From Phoronis australis (Eukaryota > Animalia > Phoronida), in assembly GCA_002633005.1 (NCBI GenBank), contig NMRA01000248.1, positions 513,346-577,345 on the forward strand: a stretch of DNA of 64,000 bases. The letters are read 5' to 3'. The first letter of the stretch is position 1; each line of letters opens with the position of its first letter. The translations under genes and the position numbers were made by a program. Below are positions 42,501 to 54,500 of the stretch, in pieces. The notes below the pieces were generated by a model. That model saw nothing but the letters and a program-made list of their open reading frames with translations. It had not been told where the DNA came from and did no database searches.

Positions 42501-45500
42501 TATATACATACATACATACATACATACATACATACATACATACATGCTTACATTCAAGGAGGAGGGGGTTCCTTGAGAAACAGAGTGCCCTCTCATTATT
42601 TTCATACACCCATCCATACATACATACATACATACATACATACATACATACATACATACAAAGCATACATTTAAACATACATTCACACATACCTACTTAC
42701 AGACAGACAGACATACATGTATACATACAAATATACACATATACATTCAAAGTGGTTGTCCTTTCTTGTATTCATACATAAATACCTGCACACATGGTTA
42801 AACAGTATCTTTCCTTAATCTTCACTTACATAAGTGTACGACCCAGTCCCCCACAATTTACGCGATGAAGGAAGACACTCATCCTTAGGACATATGTATC
42901 TAAAACAGAGATATTCGCCGTGAATAAGTGAAATCAGAAGCAATCACATTCACGGATCAAGCCATCACATTCACGTCTAATGGTCCAATGAAGCTGAATC
43001 GAAATTGGACATCCATTTCCACTTTTGGGAGAAATAATGTCCACGACAGCATCACGCTGTTTGCACGCGGGAACAGCCCACTACTCCAAAGGTTCACTAT
43101 TCCAAATGTTCACTACTCCGAATGATATTATGCAAATGTGGCATTTTCACACTATTCTAACCACAAGTCGGACATATATGGTCAAATGTCACTTCTTTTA
43201 ACAAACTACACTGTGACTGCCAGAAAAAGAAACGCGGTTGTCAGAAGTTTTCTATGGGGTGTGAAGCCTAGGACGATTTCAATGACGCTAGTACCTCTGT
43301 GGAAAAAAGACATCTAGCGACATTCTGTGAGATATTGTCATGTATTTTGGCTATTGAACCTGATTGGTCAGTTGAAGTGTTGACATTCCTTTTGAAGTAG
43401 TCAGTCATGAAGATTTCTACAAGGTATGTTAACATATTAACATGCGCGCATCCACCCATTTTCCTAATGACAACGACATTAATTTTTCGTCTACACCTAG
43501 GTGGTCACGTGACCAGTTGTTATTTCACGTACGTATACCCCTTAGGCGGCGTTCCCGCTAGTCACCCCCTATTAGTAAGTTCAGATGAGTGCCGAGTAAA
43601 TATACTAACTAGGTGTAACAACAGATGGTAATAACTGGCACAGAGCGCATGTAGATATAATAAGTCGGTGAACCCACACGCAAGCGTGTAGCACCTTCAA
43701 CAGAGATGGTAACCCTTTCCTCAGGTGTACTGCCAATTTCCCCCTCCCAAAGTGAAGGGGACATTTTCTAAGTTTCTTTTACCTATTTGCTTGCTTACGA
43801 TTACCTGTTGCTAAGCTCAACGTTTTTCTGGCTTTCAACGGGCGATGCACTAGCAGACGTTAAATGATGTTTACTAGCCGGTGGGCCAAATTTCATAGCA
43901 TTCATCCTTGTGAGTACTTTGGGGGAGGGGGGGCAACCTAGATTTTTCTATGTGGCTAGATAATGTACCTATAAATCAAATTCCAAAACATTCCCACGTC
44001 TACACTTGCACATTTTCTTAAATATAGGTGTTTTTGTTCCCAAAATATTATGCATATTCCTGCCACTTGGTGGCGCTTTTCTATTGAATTGACCAATCAG
44101 AGAGCCGGATTGTATTGTTGTGCTTAGTTACTTCAATATGGCTGCTCCCATGGAGTGTGATGCCTGTATAATTCAATATTTATCAACCAGCACAAAATTG
44201 TGATGCCAGAGCCTAAAGAAGCTTAGGAAAGCTTCCTGACGAAAGCTGATTGACTGTGGAACTCTGTAGATCAGTAGGTCAAAAAGAAGAAGAGATGTCA
44301 CAAAGGTTTATGCAGAAAACAGCTTCATGTCCTGGTATAGCCTACACAGTATACTGATGAGTGCTGTAGACTAGAAGACCAAGTGTCGGACCAAAAATTT
44401 GAAAGATCATAGAACGGCATAGCAACGTTTCCAGGCACCAACAGTAGTACTAAAGCTGAAGTTGCTGAAAGTGATACAGATGTTATCCAAGATTTCCCAA
44501 GAAAATCAATTATACTTCCAAAATTGGAAACACCCCATTAACCTGAATAAGATAGTAACATTCTGAAACATGAGTGCATCATTTGTTAGCAGTAAAAGTA
44601 TATTATGGACCATATTTCAAGAAAGAGAAAGAAGTATAGCTTTGAAAAACAGGTACGTGTTTTTGAAAGCTATATCTTGGTGTTTTCCATGTGTGTTTCA
44701 GTATTATCACCAGTTGCTTTTTTAACTTGTTCGACCTCTTGGCTACCTAGGCCTTAGACAATACCGCTGACCCAGTAGAGACGGTGATCATACCATAGGT
44801 ACTCCATATGCCGGATGCTTTTCAGCAAATTATGTTCCTATAAGTTTATAAGTACCGCGTAGAGAGATGCCTCTGAGGAGGTCGTTAATGTTTTCATTTG
44901 TTCCCAGTTTAAACAAATACTCCTGCAATCCTGTTTTTCGAACACTCCATTGTTCAGTTGCCACATCGACACTGCTTGCGCTAAGCGATAATCATATGGC
45001 GTTTTACTGTGGGTGTGATTTTAAAGCATTTTAAGTCAAAAATTTTTGAGAAGGTTAAATGGAGTAGATGGTTGCAAACAACATACCCAAGTGGCCGTCA
45101 TCCCCTAGTCCTGGGATAGGAGGAACCTCTTCTCAATTTTTTGTAAACATTGATTACTTAAATAGCTGCAATGATAATTAAATTAGAGTGCATAAGTGGC
45201 CATCGTCGCCGTCGTAATTTGAGGACGATGGAAGGCACTGTCCATTTCGTCAAATGTCGATTGCCTTAAGTGTAAATCGATTGACTATGGTTTGAGCATC
45301 TGATTTAAAAAATAAATTTCAAACACTGCACTGGTATATCAGCTGATTTATTTTCAGTTGCATCAACTAATCTAATTAGGCGATCAACATTTTTAGGCGA
45401 CAGATCAGACTGTATGTAAATTTGTTAGGCTGGTGGTGGATCAGTTCCTGATAAGTCCGTCTGAAAAAGTTGCATGCCAAGTCACTCATAGTTGAATGTT

Positions 45501-48500
45501 AAATTAGTGTTAACAGTTAGGTTTTTTTCAGTTGGACTTGTATCGCAAGTGACAGCTCAGTCCAGAGCTCTGAATATGCAAATGAAATTCAAAGATAAAG
45601 ACCTTGTGTCTTAGAAACCAAGTACCACAGATCATCATGCTATAAAAATAGAAAGACAACGATTGTGAAGAGTGACGAATCCACAGTTTTCAGAGATGTT
45701 TTTCTACAGTTTTGTTTGAAGTTCATTGAATCAAACACATGGAGATGTCATTTGCCTTTCAACACTAAAGACAGATTTTGAAGCTGTTCTTCAGAAAGCT
45801 GGTGTGCATGAAGTTATTTGGACAGGCAATCATCAGTATGCGGTGCTGTACCCTCTCTAATCGACCATAGTTGGCTCCTTGGCGGTGGAGATTTGCAGTT
45901 AAAATGTATGGCAATGTCCGCATCTCCATTGACAGTGCTAAACGATGAACGCTGCAAGTGCAAACAGAACATCTGTGATGGGAAACTGAGTTTGTGCAGC
46001 AATGCTGGGTCAAACTGTACAGAAATGTGCAGGTGTGACAACTGTAGTGACATCAGCAACACTGACTGCATAACATTGGATAGTTTTTTGACCAGTTAAC
46101 ACTAAATAGACCTCCAACGCCGTTATTTCGTTTTTTGCATTAAAAAGTTAGTTTTATTTGTTCATTAAGTCATAGAAAGTACATACTTTGATCATTGTCA
46201 TGTATTTGTCTCATACTGCTTGATAAAGGCTGTCAGAATAATCTATTATTTTCATGCAGTCTTTGTGCACATTCACAGAGATCATTCAACTACATTGTTT
46301 TTGTACTATAACGTATTTCTGGTGTATTATGCAAACAAGCTGTATTTTATACCATTAGTCAATGTTTTAGTCATTGAGGCACAAATTCTGCCCAGTCTGA
46401 AGTGTTTTGTGTTATTTTTGTTGCCAGACAATGCCAGAATATCTTCCTAGTTACATTCAGACTTAGATTGCATTTTTGCCACTAGGTGTCTCTTTAAATT
46501 TTTTAAATTTCACTGTTTACAATTAATCTACAATAGTTAAACATGTAATGTGAGTTGAACATTGTTCAATACAATGACACTGATGGGACCATATTACTTG
46601 TTTTACAAAAAAGTCACCAAAACTGTTGTTTTTACAAATATAAGTTTACTAAGCTCTTTGGTGATTTTTAGGTAACTTCAAACTCAAATTTCTCAAAAAT
46701 GTGCAACTTTATATGTGGGAACTTTTTAGATTTTGAAAATACTCTAATAAATGAACTAAAAAACACCAAAATGAAATTGCCCCCCCTAAAGTACTCACAA
46801 AAACCCTTTTCTAGAGGCCCTACAAATTCTGGCCCACCGACTATACGTTCAAAAGTAAAACCGATGTCAACCAGACAACAATCGGAACATTTTGTCATCA
46901 ATATATTTGGCTTATAAGAGAAATCCTTGGCCAAGGTTGTCGAAGAGTCGCTTCTGTATTATTTCACTTTAAGCTCGGCTTGCTTTGTATTTTCAGCTGT
47001 GCATATTTAAAACTACAGTAGTGAATTGTTTTGAAATGATAATTTCCCTTAAAATTTGAAAAAAAGTGGCAACGCTTGAGTGAGAGTGGCCACTAGTGAC
47101 CTATGTGAGAAGATTTGTTGTATTTCTGAAACAATTTTCACTCTTGACCGGTTTAGTGTTCATGTAAGGTGTACTAGCTCTTATGATGGAAAGTAATTAC
47201 ACTCACGGTTGATTCTGGTCATGATCACCAAAAGCGTCACTGCATTGTCCTGTTCCGTCGCAGTTGAACGGTTGACAAAAGAGTAAACCTGAAATATACA
47301 GGATTCACTTTCAATGAGAGCATGTGGGTTTTGCTAGATTTTCAGTTTCTTCGCCGCGAGAGAGCAATTGAACTCAACTTCGATCTCGTACCCGAAAGCG
47401 TTTTTTGATCCTTTGGGTTCAGGGTTAGTTAACTGACTAACTTGATTTTGACACCACTCCGACTTCATTTCACTTCATAATGGATTGGATTAAGTTGGAA
47501 AAGAACACATGAAATTAAGACAGCCACACTTTCAGTTTTCAACATTTGGTTTTGGTACGGAATTCTTTGACCTTCGATACTACGGTGATATTTTTGTTTC
47601 AGTATTCGGGTCAAGGCAGAAATATCAATTGCTTATTGGTCGCCAACTGAGGACTGTGGCATCGGCATAAAATGTCACTATCTGAAGCAGGACTATGAAT
47701 CCTTCATGGCAATGATTTAGTGTTATCACATGGCACTAGAACGATAAAATTTATATCTTAAAAGTTTTATGATTTGCATATCAAACCGATGGTAATGATC
47801 AGAAATGAACGGCTCTAACAACATTATAATCTACAGCAGATACAAGGAGTAGTCACTTCTGGTTGAAACTTTAGTAAATCAAGCCAAAGCTGATCACAGT
47901 CACAAGCTTTTTCAATAAATTAACAGCGCAAGCAAGAACTCCAAAGAATACTGGAACATCATCAATAAAATACGCGGCAGTCAACAACAATCCTTTTATC
48001 CTGTCATCAACCATAATGGTAACCTAGCCTCAAGTAGTAGTGACAAGTGTGATTTGTTTCTCGAATTTTTCACGAACAAAAGCCACATTACACCAACTGA
48101 AATAGGTAACTTTCCCTTTCTTCGTGAACGTTCTCTCAATCAACTGTCTGACATCCCTGCTAATCAAACTGATGTCCGGTAGTATCTCAATGAAACTGAC
48201 CCCAATAAGAATGATGGTACAGCTTTAATAATCAACAAGATGACCAAAATGATTTCCAACGAAATTACCATGCCCTTGACCAATCTGTTTAACAAACTTC
48301 TTCAGCTAGGTATATATCCGTCTTCTTCGAAACATGGAATTATGGTCCCTATACACAAACAAGGCTCCAAAACTGAAATTTCAAATTATCGCCCAATAAC
48401 TTTACTTAACACCCTGTCTAAAATCTTCGAGAAGATCATTGTTCAAAGTATTCTTACATTTCTCAAACAAAACAACTTGATCTGTCATCGTCAATTTGAT

Positions 48501-51500
48501 TTTTTGCGTGGGAACAGCACCGTGGCACAACTTGTTGAAATAGTACATGAGATTCATTTACATTTTGAGAAAGGCGAGAGTGTCAGGTCCATTTTTCTAG
48601 ATATAGCTTCTGCTTTCGACTGTGTCCCTGACGACCTTCTACTTCACAAACTTCAATCCTATGGCATTACTGGTAATCTTTCAAACATGATCACCTCATA
48701 TCTCTCCGAAAGAACATAAAGTGTTCGTGTCGACGGCGTACTTTCAACTTTATCCCCTGCTGGATTTGTAAACGCAGGTGTACCGCAGGGTAGCGTATTG
48801 GGCCCTCTTCTTTTCTTGGTTGATATTAATGACCTTCCTGATATGTAGCACATACCTATATGCAGATGGCACGGCGCTTTTTTACCCCTTCGCAGGGAGC
48901 AGCCCTGAATGTTCTTTGCCGCTTCAACGCGACTTAAATAAACTCAGCTATTGGTCACAAGAATGGAGAATGAATTTTAAATCAGAAAAAAGCGTTGACA
49001 TCACCTTCTCCAAATCTATTAATGCTCTCTTCCTTGTTGACCCGTCTCATGACCTTAAACTTAATGATGAAATCATTCCTAGAAAACAGTCGCAAAGACA
49101 TCTGGGTATACCGTTAGATGAAAAACTCTCATTCACCCCTCACGTTCGGGAGTTCGTACAAAAAACTCAGGAACTAATTAACCCACTTAAGCTTGTCTCT
49201 CGTCATCTGAATTCTACACATTTAGAAGTTTTGTTCAAATCCTTTATACTTCCACACATTGATTATTGTGATATTATATATCAGTCTGCCAATACGGGTG
49301 CACTCCAACATTTGGCGAAGTTAATATCAAGCTGCCTTACTCATAACCGGAGCTTACAGGGGATCCAAAAGTGTTAGGGTTTAGAATAGTCTCAAGTGGC
49401 CCAAACTGTCCATTCGACGCAATCATCACATGACCACATTTACTTTCAAGGTAATAAACAATGTCAGTAACGTTTCTGTCAAAAAATATTTGATCTATAC
49501 ACTAGACAAGGCCATCGTAGTGATTTGAGATCCTCCACCCCATATGCAATTCCTCCGTCATTCAGTCAAGCATTCAGAAGGTCTACAGTCATGATGTGCA
49601 TCAACAACTGGAATTCTCTTCCAGTCTCTGTTAATGTTAAGGAAAGCAACTCTTTTACGAGTATAAAAAATAATTTTAGAACTGTTTTTCATAATTTTGA
49701 TAACGCAACACCCTTGACTCAATTCTTTCTTCCCCGCGATAACGAAATAGCATTGTACAGATCAAGATGTGGTCTTTTCCTCAACTCTGACAAGTTCAGG
49801 CACAACTTTAGTAATGTCTCTCCAAACTGTAAATGTGGTCTTATCCTCATATCTTATCCTCATATTTTCTTCAAATGTTCCCTCATCGAATACCTGAGAG
49901 ACTCACTCTTTCGTGCACTCAATGAAAACCAATCAATTGTTAACGCTCTCAATTCTTGTAATAATATCCCTACTAGAGTTACATTATTATTGAAAGGTAG
50001 TCCTAACCTTGACCTGGTTCTCAACGAATTCCTCCTAAGCAACGTTAGTAAATTTTTATGTACCGTTTATCAATATTGTTGCATCTGATTTCCATACATG
50101 AATCTGTACATATTTTTGTTTTTATATATTTGTAATAGCATATCTAAGTATTGTAATACTTGTAGTAGATACTACTTAATTGTATATACCTCTATATATA
50201 TTAGTTTCATTTATGAATTGTTTACAACCCAGATATAATGCTTCGCGATTTCTGGGTTTGTCATTATTTCTTTGTATGTTCTGTGTATTCTTCAATAAAT
50301 ATATATCACTTTAAAAGATATGAACGGGTCGCTACGAGTATTGGCCAAATATAACTGATCAGAAGGCCGACACCGTCAATTAATACAATTTACCTGTCAT
50401 CATTTGTTAGAAAGAAAGTGCCTCCGACCATATTTTAAAAAGGTCAAAAACGCTTCATCCTAAAACTGCTTAGTCTACAACACTGCTGTGCTAGTTATAA
50501 AAACTACGATGTTTTCAAAGACATTATAAAAGACAGAGTTGAATCACATGATGATCACATCACATATATAATCAATTATAGTTTGCTTTAAAACATACTG
50601 AAATCATCAACGAATGGGGTGAACTTAAATAAACAATTGATCTCATAACTGGGTTTTAAAATTTGTCTCAAATTGTTGTTTGGCCAAATGAGGTGCTGTT
50701 TCAGACCTTGAAAAGAACTGAGAGTTCGTTATTTCTTGACTGCAGCATCGTCAAGTTGTCTCGTCATTTGCAGAGCATGGTCACGAGGAATAACGAACTC
50801 TAAGTTCTTTAAAAGCCAACAAATTGCTGCTCATTTGAGTAACGAGTAAACGGAGATCAATGTCCATGTAAGCAGACTATAAGAAGATACAAAACCCATT
50901 CATATCGGCACATTATGACGTCACAATTTGCCTCCATGAACACAGCATTCGATTCTTAAGAGCACTTCCATATAAAAACCAAATGGTGGGCTATATATGA
51001 ATAATCACCATTTTTTTTGAAACTTAACACATCAGCTGGCCTTGTCAAATGAAACCTGACCCTGATTTTTAAGAGTTTCTGAGTTGTTTTTAACCCTTTT
51101 TACAACCACTTCGTAGTTTTTCTGAAAAATGGCAAATAAAAGAACTGGGAAGTAGGTGAATTTTTGTCAGAAACAACACATCATCGCTTCACGCTATTGA
51201 AAAAATAACTATATAGCAGAAAGCAGAAAGAATAACATACAAGAAAAACCAGTTTGGATGGTTTTATTGATTTTTATGTCCTATCATTTTAGCTTACAAA
51301 AATATCATTTTCACTGCTTATCATTAAACAGTACACACCATGGATTTTTGCACATTTTGAATTACCGGTGGCCACAAACTAAATGTATGACGTAAAATTT
51401 AGCTAAACCCATGTTTATTTTGTGTAACTAGCTCGAAATTTTGATTTTTCTTTCAATTTTGCCAATTTTCACATTTCCGCCATGTGACGTCATGGGTTGA

Positions 51501-54500
51501 ACACAAGAGGTTAGTGACTAGTATTGAACAATGGCAAAGCAGGGAATTTGAAAGCGAAGACGATTATGAGCAAAAATTGAACGAATACTATGAAGAAACG
51601 TACGGGAATGGTGGCCAGGTTGAGGAAATGGGGTTGCACGAAAGCGAGAATAAGATTAATGTGCTTCCGGCTGCGTACTTTTCTACTTTTTTTGAGCCTT
51701 AGGCACTGGATCCTCCCGCGAGAGAAGCGGCCTCGGGCTCGGCGAATCAACCCAGTCATCCAACAGACGATCCTGAACAAAGAGCTGATGTTTCTGAATG
51801 ATAAATATTGTCCTTTATTGAACCAGGCCTTCATCGTAACGTCTCTTGTGACTGGAGTCGAAACGCGAGTCCTCAAAGTGGGCAGAACACAGAGTGGCCC
51901 CGGACCGAATCGCTTGGTCCACGATGACGTCCCACACGTTCGGCGCACGAAGAGATGCCACTTCTGCGCAATTTTGGTATCCTTCGGAACATCGAGACGT
52001 TCTCCCCCTGGCTACTGTTGCTGCAGCCTCCGGAAACACATCTTTTGATCCCTCTACGAACCTTCTCGACGCTAAATGTATTTTGCTTTCTCTTCACTCA
52101 ATACACTTTGCATAACTCTCTGATCCGAACAGTATGGCGAACGATTTGGGTTCAACCCATGACGTTGTACATAATTATTGTTTTTTTCAATTTTTGCGTG
52201 TTTCTTTATGAGCTGTGCACTAAAGGCACTGAAATCTAGTAAGATATAATAATAAAATTTATTTTGAGGTACAAGTGTCATGTTGTGTACACTTTAAAGC
52301 CATTTTTACGCATTTTTATCGCTCTCCCAAATCCATATCGGATTCTTTTGGAACATGAGTTAACTTCCATCTGTTACTGCTGTATTTGTTCAGCCCAATG
52401 CAAGAATGAAAAATCTTGTCTCTTTCATAATTTTTGTGCAGTCATTTTTTACATAACTCACGCACCCACTTTTCTGGCAATCTGTGAAAGTCAGTTAGAT
52501 TAAAAGACTCTAGGAGGCGCTATTCGATTGTGCAATTATCTGTCGACCAAGATGCCAAATAGAACAAATATCATTCGTTTTTGTTACATCAGTAATGAAG
52601 GAGATCATGGGAAGCTGTATGAAAGATTTTTTCTTTGCGGATTTTCAGCTTTGCTAGTGCAAAAATAAAAATCTATTATAGGGTTACAGAACAAGAGCTA
52701 CTGAAACACAAAGTCCTTTTATTTTGCTCAGTACACATGTCTAAGATAGACATTTCTGGAAACTAGATAATCACTGCTTTAAAAATCTCAGTAGTTTCAA
52801 TACCTTTAGAATCAATCATGCAGCCCATCCTAACCTAACCAGCTAACCGGATAGGCCTATCAGATTTGTGCACTTGGGCAGTCAGTAAGTCGAAAGTTGT
52901 CAGCGAGAGCTAATACAATATTCTGAACTGAAGTCATGACCTGTTGACCCAGGCCAACAGTTGTGATAAATATCAAGTACCTTTTTAGCAATTGCTGCTA
53001 ATATCTTACCGGCACCAACAGGGATAGGCAACACGCAGCCCCTCGGTTGGCCATTTAGGGGCTACAATACTTCCATTCGCTTTCTGTACGCATTTCGTTA
53101 CATGCATTTTAAACGGGCGGTAACCCAAATCCGGCCACCGATTTTGAGTTTTCACCTCGTCAAAAATACATTCCACACTTAAAACTATTACTTAAAAATG
53201 CGCTTATGTTCATCATTGGTCCTTTCTACTTGTATACATATCTTTGCTGAAGCTTAGTTCAGAGAATTAAGTTGACTCTGTCGAAGAATTCCAACTCCAC
53301 ATTTTTTGGTTGCCGTTAACTTTTTCACCACGCGCGATAACCACAAAGTATGTCAACTGAGTCACGTGAGTTAGCAAAGGCTAGCGCGAGACTGAGCGAA
53401 GAGCGTGACACTAGCGCGTGACACTTGCAAAATAGCATAAGAAAGTATCAGATGAAATTTGTAAGATTTGTGTACCTTGGACTTTTTATTCGTCAACATG
53501 CGTGATTTCACGTAACTTCCTCAAAATGGCAACTGGTAAGAGAAACTCGAGCAAACCGCGACAATTTTAATCGATTTGTTCAAATTATCTTGACTGAATC
53601 GTTTCCAGACTTATGGTATGAGTTTTTTATAATTCCATGTGCATATATGCATGTTTCATTCGATTTTATTTCCTGTATTTTGAAATGAGTAACTTTTTGT
53701 TGGGATGCACTATCGCCCCTGTATGCCTGCGGCACCCAAGGCGATGAAATTGCCTATAACAGGGATTAACACAACAAACTGGCGAAAAATCCATTGCGAC
53801 ATGCGAAAGTCAACGCCCGTTCAATCTTCCGCTTCGTTCTAGCTGTGTGTTCTGGGAAACAGCCTGTCAATTTTTGTCTAAAGCCAAGTCCAAACTCATG
53901 CCCATGCGTAAAACATATAACGGCGCATTTCCATTGGTTTTCAAGTCCAGCCTCCTCTCACAGCATCCAACTCTCGAGCTCGGGCAAGAATGAACTGTAA
54001 TTTTGATATACTTTCAACTTCTGTGGCACTTTGCACGACCTCAGATAACTTCTGACGTCTTAAACACAGCTAATGAAGCCCACATTTCCTCCGCGATCAC
54101 ACTTTTGTAACGAAAATTGACCAAAGGTACAAGACCGAAATTCCTCCTTATTCTTTGCAGTGACAGGAAATGCAGGTAATCTCGAACCCTAAAGTGCTAT
54201 TGGTAAGGTTAAACAAAGCATTTAGTATTTCAGAAAATATGGGACTCAAAAGTGAAACTTAAATTTTTATGATATTGCATTGTTGATACTAGATCGTATA
54301 TTTTAAGTGATATCTCTGAACTAAAAGAGTAGCCTCAATTCTCTTGTCAGTCAGAGTGAGGCCACATCACAAAAATGCCCAAATTCGAGGGCCACTTTTA
54401 GCAATTATCAAAGTTCAATCTTGTAGAAGTGTCTACACAGAAAATTTTCAACTTCAAATATATTCCGATATAAATGTAACAGCCAGGTTAAGCAACATCT

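Noticed and set aside
42403-42781. ORFs with MYVC/YIHT repeats
   Set aside because: These are translations of the (TACA)n microsatellite.
45818-46099. Host tesmin/CXC or metallothionein-like gene
   Set aside because: Lies inside a TIR/TSD-bounded element and fits a degenerate transposon Cys-rich C-terminus.
48240-50088. Functional reverse transcriptase gene
   Set aside because: In-frame stops, frameshifts, YADD changed to YADG, and no endonuclease domain or ORF1.
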